64,000 bases of DNA from an uncultured Bacteroidota bacterium (lineage in GTDB: Bacteria > Bacteroidota > Bacteroidia > AKYH767-A > OLB10), in assembly GCA_903881665.1 (NCBI GenBank), contig CAIRUC010000025.1, positions 65,080 to 129,079 on the forward strand, written 5' to 3'. The notes beneath the pieces are model-generated. The model was given only the letters and a program-made list of their open reading frames with translations, was not told the DNA's origin and ran no database searches. The position numbers and the translations under genes are program-made. Of the stretch, positions 47,247 to 56,838 are shown piece after piece. Position 1 is the stretch's first letter, and each line of letters begins with the position of its first letter.

Positions 47247-50200
47247 ATGGGCCCCGCCGTTACATATCGATCGATTCGTGTAGTTTTCGCGGCAATACTT
47301 ATGTTACTAACGATTTCGTTACGGGCTCAATCGCCCGTAGCATCGTTTAGTTCCGACAAAACTACAGGTTGCGCTCCGCTGATGGTAAATTTTTCAAACA
47401 CCTCCATCAATGCGATTTCTTATCAGTGGAACTTTGGAAACTCCAATACTTCTACTGCTACTAATCCAAGTTCAGTATTCCTTACACCAGGCACTTATGT
47501 TGTTAAATTAATTGCGATAGGCGTTGGTGGATTAAAAGATTCTATTGTTCACACTATCACTATTGTTAATGATCCTACAGCGGGTTTCACGGCATTTCCA
47601 TTAGCCGCATGTGAAGACGTAAATAGTATTTCATTTACAAATAGTTCATCAAATGCTGCAACCTATACATGGGATTTCGGCGATGGCACTTCTTCTACCG
47701 CAACAAACCCTACTCACACTTATTTTGATCCAGGAACTTACAATATAAAATTAATTGCTACAAGTACGTACGGTTGTCAAAAAATTGAAATCAAAAATAG
47801 CTACATTACTATTTACGCACAACCTCAGTCGCAGTTCACAGCTGTTACAACATCTGCATGTGATATTAATACGCTTTTTCACTTTTCAGCAACCACACCC
47901 AATATTACAAATTGGATGTGGGATTTGGGAGATGGACAAACATCTACTCAACAAAATCCATCACATCAATACAGTAGTGCAGGAAATTATAATGTATCAT
48001 TAATTGTAACCAACACAAATGGTTGTTCCGACACATTGTCGCGTTCAAATTTCATCAACATTGGGAACACGCTTATTCCATCTTTCACAATGAGTGATAC
48101 CTCAGGATGTAGCCCACTGCCGATTAATTTTAACTGTACCGTACCAAATGCAACAACATGGAATTGGAATTTCGGAGACGGAACCACAGCAACCTTGAAA
48201 AGTCCATCGCACATTTATTCTAACCCAGGAAGTTATTCTATTACACTTACGGTAACTACTCAAAGTGGATGCAACGGAACGGTAACCTTTCCTGATTTTG
48301 TAGTAGTCGATCAGTTACCAATACCTGATTTTAGTGTTGTACAAGATAGTGGCTGTGCTCCATTTACTGCCCAAATGATTAATCTTAGTACGGGTGCTTC
48401 ATCCTATAATTGGGCATTTGGCAATTTAACTTCATCCAACTTAAACAACCCTCCTATTACATTTACACAAGGCGGATATTTCAGTGTTACATTAACAGCC
48501 ATTTCGCCGAATAATTGTCCGGTAAGCCTAACGAAGGTTCAATACATTAAGGTATTTGCACCTGGTGCAGGATTTCAAGCCACGCCTAAAATAGGTTGCC
48601 CTGGAATGACCGTTCAATTTACAAACACATCATCACAATCTAACCTTATAAGTTATTTTTGGACATTTGGCGATGGCATTACTTCTACATTACAAAACCC
48701 ATCACATACTTACAACTCCATTGGAAGTTTCCCTGTTTCATTAGTTGTTGAAAATTCATTCGGTTGTCGTGATACAGTTTATCGAGTTAATTACATTACC
48801 GTAATAAATCCAACAACGAATTACACCACACCCGATACTGTAAAAATATGCTTAGGAGATCCCCATGTTTTTGTGGACCCTACAACAGGCAGCAATCAAT
48901 GGACATGGCATTTTGGAGATGGAAGCACATCATCAGATCAAAACCCTTCGTACACCTATAATGTTATAGGCAACTACACTGTTACACTTAACACATCAAT
49001 GCCTGGAGGCTGCGCGCAATCTTTTAATCCATATGCGTACGTTATGGTAATACCATATATTAAAAAGCCTATCGATGTGAACTTAACTGGTGCATGCAAA
49101 CCATATACAGTTAATTTCTCAACATCAACACAAAATGCAATCAGTTATCATTGGAATTTTGGAGACGGCGACACATCAGTAATAGCAGCCCCGTCACATA
49201 CGTATCTAAACCCAGGGTCATATAATATTTCGCTAACAATTATTATTGGATCAGGTTGTATAACGCAAGTAGATACAATAATAATGCTAGGGCATATAAA
49301 CCCAGCTAAAGCCAGTTCCTACAATGATTGCATAGGGGATAATATTTTATTCTCAGTAGGAGATTCGTCACTATTTACAAGCGCAATATGGTATTTTGGT
49401 GATGGAAAAACAGCACCATATTTTAATTATTGGCATTCCTATTCAAGCGAGACTACATTCCAACCCTACCTAATAACAATTGACTTAACAGGTTGTATCG
49501 ATACATTTTATACTAACAAGGCAATAATCATAAACAATCCTGATCCTGATTTTAATGTAAGCAATCCTATTGTTTGTCTTGGAAACAGTGTCACGTTTAA
49601 TAACACAAGTAACGTAGGGAATTTATTTTATTGGACTTTTGGAGATGGAGGGTCATCAAATGACAGCATACCATCACATAAATATACAACGGCAGGAATA
49701 TATTCCATTAGTTTAACTGTTACAAAAGGAAATTGCACAAAAACAAAAACGGTAGTAGGTTATATTACAGTTGTTGACCCAATGGCACAAATCACCTACA
49801 CCACAAATGGAATGTGTATGCCTGTAACAGTTACGTTCAATGCAATTGCGCCAACTGCAGTGCAATGGGCCTGGTTTTTTGGAAACGGCGACACCTCGGC
49901 ATCTCAAAATCCAATATATACATTTAATATCACTCCAACTGACTCACTCACATTAACAATTATGGACGTGAATGGTTGTTACAAAACTGTAAAAGACAAA
50001 AACATCAATTATTATAATTCTGCCTTATCTGTTGACAAAAATGCAGGATGCACACCTTTAAAAGTTCAATTTAGTGATTTATCAAACGGAGCATTATCAT
50101 GGCAATGGGATTTTGGTGATGGCACTACATCAACAGTTGCCAATCCTTCTCATACTTATTCAGTAAACGGCAACTACGATGTAACGCTTATTTGCACTTT

Positions 50201-53200
50201 CCCGGGAAATTGTATCGATACTTCTGTTTATTACAACTTCATTAAGTCGCAAACTCCGAAGTCAGATTTCTATTCTCCTACAGTTGCAGGTTGCTCGCCC
50301 ACACAAATAAGCTTTACAAACACATCAACAGATGCCACACAATTTGAATGGGACTTTGGCGATGGAGGAACATCAACTAGTGTAAACCCAAGCCATATTT
50401 ACAATATTCCAGGATACTATTCTATTCGATTAATCTCTACGAATAGTTATGGATGCAAAGACACTATTCTTAAACCGAATTATATATTTATTCCCGGAAC
50501 CTATTCAAATTTTAGTTTATCGGCAACTCAAGGATGTCAAAACTTATTAACGGCCTTCTCCGATTTATCTATTAATGCTTCGACATGGTTTTGGAATTTC
50601 GGTGATGGATATATTGATGCTGTCCAAAATCCTTCGCACATGTATCAAGATACGGGAACTTATATTGTTACCTTAATAACGCATGACACGTTGGGTTGTT
50701 CATCATCGTTCACGTATCCCATTCCAATTCGAATATTTCAAAATCCGATATCAGCAGCAACTGCCACAACATATAGTGGTTGTTCCCACTTCACAACTAC
50801 ATTTGTTAATCAATCCTTATATGCCGATAACTATTATTGGGAATTTGGAACAGGAGACACAAGTACATTACAAAATCCTACATACACGTATAATGCAGGA
50901 GGGAATTATTTTCCTACATTAATCACAATAACCAATAATGGTTGTAGAGACACTTTCATTTTCAATAATCCAATTAACGTATTACAAACTCCAACAGCAC
51001 TCATTAGCCTAAGTGACACTACTGCCTGTAACCCTGCAACCATAACTTTTATTAGCCAATCGATAAATACGATTAATTCACAATACAACTGGTCATTAGG
51101 AAGCGGGGGGAATTCAACAGGTGCAATTTCAAGTGCTAGTTTTAATAACGCCGGAAATTATACTGTAACATTAATTACCACAAATAACAATGGCTGTAGT
51201 GATACAAGTTTAGCGAACTTAACAATTTTGGAAAGCCCAACTGCCGACGCTAATGCTAATATTGAAGAAGGTTGTCATCCGCTAACTGTAAATTTCAATA
51301 ATTTATCTACTGGAGCGAATACTTACTTATGGCAATTTGGAAACGGAGATACTAGTACTTCATTCGCACCAAATTATATATACAAAATACCAGGCATTTA
51401 TTATCCTTATTTGATAACTTATAATATATTGGGATGCAGTGATACTATTTATTTGCCAGCGATTACAGTTCATCATACACCTATAGCAATAATCACATCA
51501 TCGATAACATCAGGATGTAACCCGTCAATATTCAATTTTACCAATAGTTCAATTGAACTTGAAAACCCAAATTACACATGGGAAATGGGAAATGGAGCCA
51601 CATTCAACAGTACAGATGTTTCATACGATTATTTATTAGCAGGGAACTATAATGTAACCCTAATTGTAACAAATACCTACGGTTGTTCTCACGATACGAG
51701 CCTACAAATTTCAGTTCATCCAACACCAACACCTGCAGGATCAGCATCAAGTACCATTGGTTGTACTCCATTATCCATTCTTTTTACTAATTCATCTATA
51801 GGTGCAGACCAATACCTCTGGAACTTCGGAGATGGAAATAGTGACACCACGACAATTGCGAACTATATTTATTTAAATGGGGGTACTTACATACCTCAAC
51901 TAATAGCTACTACAATTTATGGTTGTAGCGATACATTTATGTTAAGTCCGATAAAAGTATTAGAAAGTCCGCGCGCAGATTTTTTCTCTACCGACACTAT
52001 AGCTTGCAAAGGATCAATTGTAAGTTTCACAAACACGTCAACGAACTTAATTAACCCAAGCTACTATTGGAATTTAGCAACAACTATAAGCACTGCATAT
52101 AATCCAACAACTGCTTATATCTATTCAGGGAATTATGATATATCATTAGTAATTACAAATAATAATGGATGTACCGACACGATTATTAAGCCAGCTTATA
52201 TTCATATAGATGACTCTGTGCCGCCACCAGCAGATCCAATTTTAAGTGTATCGGTCGTTAATGATTATAATGTAGATATAATATGGCAAAACAGCAGTGT
52301 AAATGATTTGAAATACTATGAAGTATACCGTTTAAATAAGGCGACTAACAACTATGAATTAATTTACCAAGAAGTAAATGCAAAAAGCATCGCTTCTGCT
52401 TCTACTTCTACCTATAGAGATACCGCCCTCGACACTAGACATAATACATATACTTACAAAGTACTAACAATAGATCGTTGCGGAAACAAACTTTTATTAA
52501 GCGAATTAAATCCACATACAACAATTGATATATCAGCAGCGCAAGCAGGTGCAAATATTTTCGTAAAATGGACCCCTTACATTGGTTGTAACATAAATAC
52601 CTACGATCTATATCGCACAGAAGTAACTTCAGGGCTAATTCAATTTGTAGCAAGTGTACCCTCTAGTCAACTTAATTACCTTGATACTACATTAAACTGT
52701 CCGATTGACTATATATATAGAATTACAGCTACTGACTTATGCGGAAACAGTTACATATCGAACAGTGATACTTCTGTAGCAAGACCTGTAAATATTATGG
52801 CAGATCAAAAAGTAAGTGTTATTCGTTCAACGGTAATTGAAAATATAAAAGTACTAACCGAATGGTTACCTCCTACAATTCATCCTGAAAGAGTCAAGGA
52901 ATATCATATTTATCGTTCAGAAGACAACAGTACATTTAATTTAATTGCCATCGTTCCTTCGGCATTAACAGCATACACCGATACAGATGTAGACATAAAT
53001 GCACATGAATATTATTACAGAATATTGGTTGTAAACGATTGTAATTTATCTGGAATAGAAAGCAATAATGGGTCTTCTATATTCCTTACTGGCATACATG
53101 AGAATTACAGCACTCAATTCAACTGGACGCCTTATAAAGAATGGCAACAAGGGGTTGATACCTATCAACTTGAGAGAATAAATGCTAATGGCGTTTGGGA

Positions 53201-53252
53201 AATAATAAAAGTAGTTAATGGAAATGTAACAAATACAATCATTAGCGAATAA
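47247..53252 (+). CDS. giant secreted/cell-surface protein: ~20 tandem PKD domains followed by four Fn3-like modules
   Basis: 2001 aa with the signal peptide VVFAAILMLLTISLRAQS. A ~85-aa unit recurs about 20 times, of the form F..xxxxGC.PL.V.F.N.S..A..Y.W.FGDG.TST..NPSH.Y...G.Y.V.LI.....GC.DT. The C-terminal ~310 aa holds modules such as YEVYRLNK...YTYKVLTIDRCGN. Confidence 0.85.
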   Translation: MGPAVTYRSIRVVFAAILMLLTISLRAQSPVASFSSDKTTGCAPLMVNFSNTSINAISYQWNFGNSNTSTATNPSSVFLTPGTYVVKLIAIGVGGLKDSIVHTITIVNDPTAGFTAFPLAACEDVNSISFTNSSSNAATYTWDFGDGTSSTATNPTHTYFDPGTYNIKLIATSTYGCQKIEIKNSYITIYAQPQSQFTAVTTSACDINTLFHFSATTPNITNWMWDLGDGQTSTQQNPSHQYSSAGNYNVSLIVTNTNGCSDTLSRSNFINIGNTLIPSFTMSDTSGCSPLPINFNCTVPNATTWNWNFGDGTTATLKSPSHIYSNPGSYSITLTVTTQSGCNGTVTFPDFVVVDQLPIPDFSVVQDSGCAPFTAQMINLSTGASSYNWAFGNLTSSNLNNPPITFTQGGYFSVTLTAISPNNCPVSLTKVQYIKVFAPGAGFQATPKIGCPGMTVQFTNTSSQSNLISYFWTFGDGITSTLQNPSHTYNSIGSFPVSLVVENSFGCRDTVYRVNYITVINPTTNYTTPDTVKICLGDPHVFVDPTTGSNQWTWHFGDGSTSSDQNPSYTYNVIGNYTVTLNTSMPGGCAQSFNPYAYVMVIPYIKKPIDVNLTGACKPYTVNFSTSTQNAISYHWNFGDGDTSVIAAPSHTYLNPGSYNISLTIIIGSGCITQVDTIIMLGHINPAKASSYNDCIGDNILFSVGDSSLFTSAIWYFGDGKTAPYFNYWHSYSSETTFQPYLITIDLTGCIDTFYTNKAIIINNPDPDFNVSNPIVCLGNSVTFNNTSNVGNLFYWTFGDGGSSNDSIPSHKYTTAGIYSISLTVTKGNCTKTKTVVGYITVVDPMAQITYTTNGMCMPVTVTFNAIAPTAVQWAWFFGNGDTSASQNPIYTFNITPTDSLTLTIMDVNGCYKTVKDKNINYYNSALSVDKNAGCTPLKVQFSDLSNGALSWQWDFGDGTTSTVANPSHTYSVNGNYDVTLICTFPGNCIDTSVYYNFIKSQTPKSDFYSPTVAGCSPTQISFTNTSTDATQFEWDFGDGGTSTSVNPSHIYNIPGYYSIRLISTNSYGCKDTILKPNYIFIPGTYSNFSLSATQGCQNLLTAFSDLSINASTWFWNFGDGYIDAVQNPSHMYQDTGTYIVTLITHDTLGCSSSFTYPIPIRIFQNPISAATATTYSGCSHFTTTFVNQSLYADNYYWEFGTGDTSTLQNPTYTYNAGGNYFPTLITITNNGCRDTFIFNNPINVLQTPTALISLSDTTACNPATITFISQSINTINSQYNWSLGSGGNSTGAISSASFNNAGNYTVTLITTNNNGCSDTSLANLTILESPTADANANIEEGCHPLTVNFNNLSTGANTYLWQFGNGDTSTSFAPNYIYKIPGIYYPYLITYNILGCSDTIYLPAITVHHTPIAIITSSITSGCNPSIFNFTNSSIELENPNYTWEMGNGATFNSTDVSYDYLLAGNYNVTLIVTNTYGCSHDTSLQISVHPTPTPAGSASSTIGCTPLSILFTNSSIGADQYLWNFGDGNSDTTTIANYIYLNGGTYIPQLIATTIYGCSDTFMLSPIKVLESPRADFFSTDTIACKGSIVSFTNTSTNLINPSYYWNLATTISTAYNPTTAYIYSGNYDISLVITNNNGCTDTIIKPAYIHIDDSVPPPADPILSVSVVNDYNVDIIWQNSSVNDLKYYEVYRLNKATNNYELIYQEVNAKSIASASTSTYRDTALDTRHNTYTYKVLTIDRCGNKLLLSELNPHTTIDISAAQAGANIFVKWTPYIGCNINTYDLYRTEVTSGLIQFVASVPSSQLNYLDTTLNCPIDYIYRITATDLCGNSYISNSDTSVARPVNIMADQKVSVIRSTVIENIKVLTEWLPPTIHPERVKEYHIYRSEDNSTFNLIAIVPSALTAYTDTDVDINAHEYYYRILVVNDCNLSGIESNNGSSIFLTGIHENYSTQFNWTPYKEWQQGVDTYQLERINANGVWEIIKVVNGNVTNTIISE
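47331..52215 (+). repeat. in-frame tandem PKD-domain repeat array (~255-nt period, diverged copies)
   Basis: W.FGDG/FGNG...NPSH.Y motifs recur about every 85 aa from residue ~29 to ~1655 of the 2001-aa ORF. Confidence 0.8.
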
Positions 53253-53254
53253 TC

Positions 53255-53305
53255 AAAATTAAACTTTACTGAAAATTGATTTTATTTCCAGTAAAGTTTA
53301 ATTTT
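53255..53305 (+). terminator. perfect 17-bp AT-rich hairpin after the giant gene, abutting the histidine-kinase start
   Basis: AAAATTAAACTTTACTG - 17-nt loop - CAGTAAAGTTTAATTTT. It begins 3 nt after the stop at 53252 and ends 8 nt before the ATG at 53313. Confidence 0.55.
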
Positions 53306-53312
53306 GTATCAT

Positions 53313-54293
53313 ATGTCACCAACGCTATCAAAACCTATATACCTCTTTTACATTTTAGTTTTTTATGTATTGTTCCAATTTTCTTGGTGGGCCTATTTAT
53401 TAGTGAATTTAAATACAGAAGTATGCCGTCAAAAAATCGAATATGTAAATGCAACACATTCAAACGATAATGAATTAAAAAAAGACATTGTAAAATTTGA
53501 AAATGAACTGCACAAAAGGTGGATGATGGTTGCAGGAGAAGGTGCTGTTTTTTTAAGCCTATTACTTTTCGGTATTTATAAAACTAAAAATGCATTCAAA
53601 AGAGAGTTTGCATTAGCAAGGCAGCAAAAGAACTTTTTACTTTCAATTACACATGAGTTTAAGTCGCCGTTAGCTGCTGTAAAACTAAATTTACAAACAC
53701 TACAAAAAAGAAAGCTTGAACCTGAGCAAAAAGAACATGTAATTCGTAAAGCACTTTTAGAAACTGAACGAATAAACCTACTAATAGAAAATGCACTAAT
53801 CGCAAGTCGGCTAGAGAGTCGCAATTACGAATATTATTTCGAAGCATTTAACTTTAGTCACTTTTTAAAAGATGCAGTAAATGACTTTATTGATCGTCAA
53901 GATCACGAACACAAAATTAGTCACGAGATCGCAGCAGGAATCCAAATTAATGGGGACAAGTTGGCCTTAATTTCTCTAATTTATAACCTGCTAGAAAATG
54001 CGGAAAAATATAGTCCATCTGAATCTGAAATTAAAGTATCATTAATAAAGGATGGTGCTAAGGAAGCCATCTTAACAATTAGTGATAAGGGAAATGGCAT
54101 TCCTGAACATGAACGAAATAAAATTTTTGAGAAATTTTATCGCATGGGAAACGAAGACACCCGTAAAACAAAAGGAACTGGATTAGGATTATTTATCGCT
54201 CAACATGTAGTAAGTTTACATAAAGGAACGATACAGGCCAAGGATAATTTTCCAATGGGGACTATTTTTGAAATCAGGTTACCAATAAGTTAG
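53313..54293 (+). CDS. membrane-bound sensor histidine kinase (orphan)
   Basis: Two TM segments with a short loop. It has the H-box ITHEFKSPLAAV, N-box LLENAEKYS, G1 SDKGNGI and G2 GTGLGLFIA. The ATG at 53313 is preferred over the TTG at 53304. Confidence 0.85.
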   Translation: MSPTLSKPIYLFYILVFYVLFQFSWWAYLLVNLNTEVCRQKIEYVNATHSNDNELKKDIVKFENELHKRWMMVAGEGAVFLSLLLFGIYKTKNAFKREFALARQQKNFLLSITHEFKSPLAAVKLNLQTLQKRKLEPEQKEHVIRKALLETERINLLIENALIASRLESRNYEYYFEAFNFSHFLKDAVNDFIDRQDHEHKISHEIAAGIQINGDKLALISLIYNLLENAEKYSPSESEIKVSLIKDGAKEAILTISDKGNGIPEHERNKIFEKFYRMGNEDTRKTKGTGLGLFIAQHVVSLHKGTIQAKDNFPMGTIFEIRLPIS

Positions 54294-54352
54294 ATAATTT
54301 CTGCAATCAGGGATTCAATTTGTTGTACCTTTACAGCTCTTAAAACAAGTTG

Positions 54353-55873
54353 ATGAAAAAGGCAGTTTTAGTAATTCTGGATGGTTGGGGACTTGCAGCA
54401 AATGGCCCTGGAAATGCAATTTCGTTAGCAAACACTCCAATTATGGGCAGATTAGTTAAAGAATGCTCACATACAACACTTTTAACATCAGGAGAAGATG
54501 TGGGATTGCCTCATGGACAAATGGGCAATTCGGAAGTCGGTCACCTAAACATTGGTGCTGGTAGAATAGTATGGCAAGAATTAGCTAATATTAATAAATC
54601 CATTAGAGAAAAAACTTTTGACACTCAGCCAGTTTTAGTAAACGCCTTTGAAGAAGCGAAGAAAAAAAACTGTAAACTTCATTTTATCGGACTCGTATCC
54701 AACGGCGGAGTACATTCGCATATTAATCACCTGAAGCAATTATGCACATTAGCCGATGACCACGGTCTAGAAAAAGTATTTATCCATGCTTTTACAGATG
54801 GTCGAGATACTGATCCTAAAAGCGGAATACACTTTTTGAACGAATTGCAAGATCACTTAGATAACGCTACCGGGAAAATAGCAAGTGTAACGGGAAGGTA
54901 TTATGCTATGGATCGCGACAATCGTTGGGAACGTGTGAAGGTAGCTTATGATGCTCTCACGGTAGGCATAGGAGAAAAAAATACATCTTGGAAAAACGCA
55001 TTGGAAAATAGTTATGCGGCAAACATAACTGACGAATTTATTAAACCGATAATCATTAGTAACGCGGCAAATAATCCGATCGGAAATATTGACCCCAACG
55101 ATATTGTAATTTGCTTTAACTTCCGCACCGACCGATGTAGAGAAATCACTATTGCGTTAACGCAAAAAGATATGCCTGAGCATGGAATGCATACTCTCCC
55201 ATTGCATTATGTAACCATGACACGCTACGATAATACCTATAAAGGAGTAGATGTAGTATATGAAAAAAACAATCTTTCCTTAACAATTGGAGAAGTGCTA
55301 GAAAACGCAGGAAAGAAACAAATACGAATTGCTGAGACCGAAAAATATCCGCATGTTACGTTCTTCTTCTCGGGAGGAAGAGAAGCTCCATTTAAAGGAG
55401 AAACCCGATTAATGGCTCCTTCTCCAAAAGTAGCTACGTATGATTTACAACCAGAGATGAGTGCCGAAGAAATTAAAAACTTAATTATTCCTGAATTAAA
55501 AAAAGGCGAAGTAGATTTTGTTTGTCTTAATTTTGCAAATGCCGATATGGTTGGACATACTGGTGTTATTAGCGCAGCTGTAAAAGCAATAGAAACCGTT
55601 GACCGATGCTTGGGAGAAGTTTTAGAGGCAGGTAAAATTCATGGTTATAATTTTATTATCATTGCCGACCATGGAAATGCAGACATGATGTTGAATGAAG
55701 ACGGAAGTCCAAATACGGCACATACTACGAATCCCGTTCCATGCATTTTGGTTAGCGATGATAAATCATTAAAAATTTCATCAGGGAGATTAGCAGATGT
55801 AGCTCCTTCACTTCTTTATCTAATGGGCATTCAGCAACCAACAGAAATGGAAGGGAAAAATCTTATTTGTTAA
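54353..55873 (+). CDS. gpmI: 2,3-bisphosphoglycerate-independent phosphoglycerate mutase
   Basis: MKKAVLVILDGWG at the N-terminus, plus the MGNSEVGH catalytic Ser block, FTDGRDT, and ADHGNAD near the C-terminus. Confidence 0.93.
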   Translation: MKKAVLVILDGWGLAANGPGNAISLANTPIMGRLVKECSHTTLLTSGEDVGLPHGQMGNSEVGHLNIGAGRIVWQELANINKSIREKTFDTQPVLVNAFEEAKKKNCKLHFIGLVSNGGVHSHINHLKQLCTLADDHGLEKVFIHAFTDGRDTDPKSGIHFLNELQDHLDNATGKIASVTGRYYAMDRDNRWERVKVAYDALTVGIGEKNTSWKNALENSYAANITDEFIKPIIISNAANNPIGNIDPNDIVICFNFRTDRCREITIALTQKDMPEHGMHTLPLHYVTMTRYDNTYKGVDVVYEKNNLSLTIGEVLENAGKKQIRIAETEKYPHVTFFFSGGREAPFKGETRLMAPSPKVATYDLQPEMSAEEIKNLIIPELKKGEVDFVCLNFANADMVGHTGVISAAVKAIETVDRCLGEVLEAGKIHGYNFIIIADHGNADMMLNEDGSPNTAHTTNPVPCILVSDDKSLKISSGRLADVAPSLLYLMGIQQPTEMEGKNLIC

Positions 55874-55899
55874 TCAAATTACTTACGCAAGTCCGAATA

Positions 55900-56790
55900 A
55901 TGAATATAAAAAAACTCATTACCGCATGCGTGCTACTAATCGGTATTACAACTGGTTCGCAAGCACAATCGCGATTGGGAGTATTTATTGGGGGAGGAAC
56001 AACTTGGTATTATGGGGATATGAACGATCGCTTATTAACTCATCCCAAACTATTCAGCAACTATTTTAACGGAGGAATAATCTATCGACTTTCACCTCAT
56101 GTAGATATTGTAGGTAATTATTTCAATGGTGAAATTGTTGGCGCCGATTCATTATCAATACAAGAATATAACATCAAAAGAAATCTTCATTTTCAAACGA
56201 AAATTTGGGAAGCATCATTTCGTGCAGACTACAAACTGTTCGGCCAACAAACAAGAAAAAAAAATCGTGCATTTACGCCTTATGTCTTTATAGGCATCGG
56301 TTATTTTCATTTTAACCCAAAAGCAGTACACAATGGCCAACTAATCGAATTACAGCCATTAGGTACAGAAGGACAATACATTGATGGTGGCAATTACCCC
56401 AAACCATATAAGCTCTATCAGCTATCAGTTCCATTAGGTATTGGCATTGAAGCACGGATTTCAAATGCATTTTCAATTCGTGTAGAAGTATCGAACCACT
56501 TTGCTTTCACTGATTACCTTGATGATTTGAGTGGGAATTATGCAGACTCCGCTAAACTATTAATAACGCCGAATGGTGTATTAGCCTTTGATATGGCGAG
56601 CAACCTCAATCGAAGCTATCCAACTGAAGGCTCAGGACGCGGAAACCCGAAACACAACGACACCTTTATGAATGCAGGAATCTCTATTCTATATACTCCT
56701 GAATTATTAAGAAAGGGGAATAATAATGGATCGAAGAGAAATGCACATAGAGGAAGATCAAAAAATAAAAAAAATTGTCCGGCTTACTAA
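55900..56790 (+). CDS. DUF6089-like outer-membrane beta-barrel protein (paralog 3) with basic C-terminal tail
   Basis: The ATG at 55900 gives the signal peptide MNIKKLITACVLLIGITTGSQAQ. Shared blocks are KRNLHFQTKIWE, FHFNPKA, ELQPLGTEGQY and TDYLDDLS. The tail reads KGNNNGSKRNAHRGRSKNKKNCPAY. Confidence 0.6.
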   Translation: MNIKKLITACVLLIGITTGSQAQSRLGVFIGGGTTWYYGDMNDRLLTHPKLFSNYFNGGIIYRLSPHVDIVGNYFNGEIVGADSLSIQEYNIKRNLHFQTKIWEASFRADYKLFGQQTRKKNRAFTPYVFIGIGYFHFNPKAVHNGQLIELQPLGTEGQYIDGGNYPKPYKLYQLSVPLGIGIEARISNAFSIRVEVSNHFAFTDYLDDLSGNYADSAKLLITPNGVLAFDMASNLNRSYPTEGSGRGNPKHNDTFMNAGISILYTPELLRKGNNNGSKRNAHRGRSKNKKNCPAY

Positions 56791-56838
56791 TAGCAAACAA
56801 GACGTTCCTTTTACTACTTTTGTTCACATCAATTTCTT

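Noticed and set aside
47331-52215. The regular ~255-nt periodicity as a CRISPR array, satellite, or diversity-generating retroelement target.
   Set aside because: The periodicity is in-frame protein-domain (PKD) repetition within one long ORF, and the copies are diverged at the DNA level. There are no short identical repeats with unique spacers and no reverse transcriptase or template repeat nearby.
53276-53470. 64-aa plus-strand ORF at the start of the histidine-kinase gene.
   Set aside because: It overlaps the kinase ORF out of frame and starts inside the terminator hairpin loop. The kinase frame carries the TM segments and continues into clear HisKA/HATPase motifs.
44137-54293. An integrated mobile genomic island at tRNA-Phe.
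   Set aside because: No integrase, transposase, conjugation or phage genes are present, and I did not see a direct repeat of the tRNA 3' end at the far boundary. Only the tRNA adjacency and accessory-type content remain, and those are reported as a finding with that caveat.
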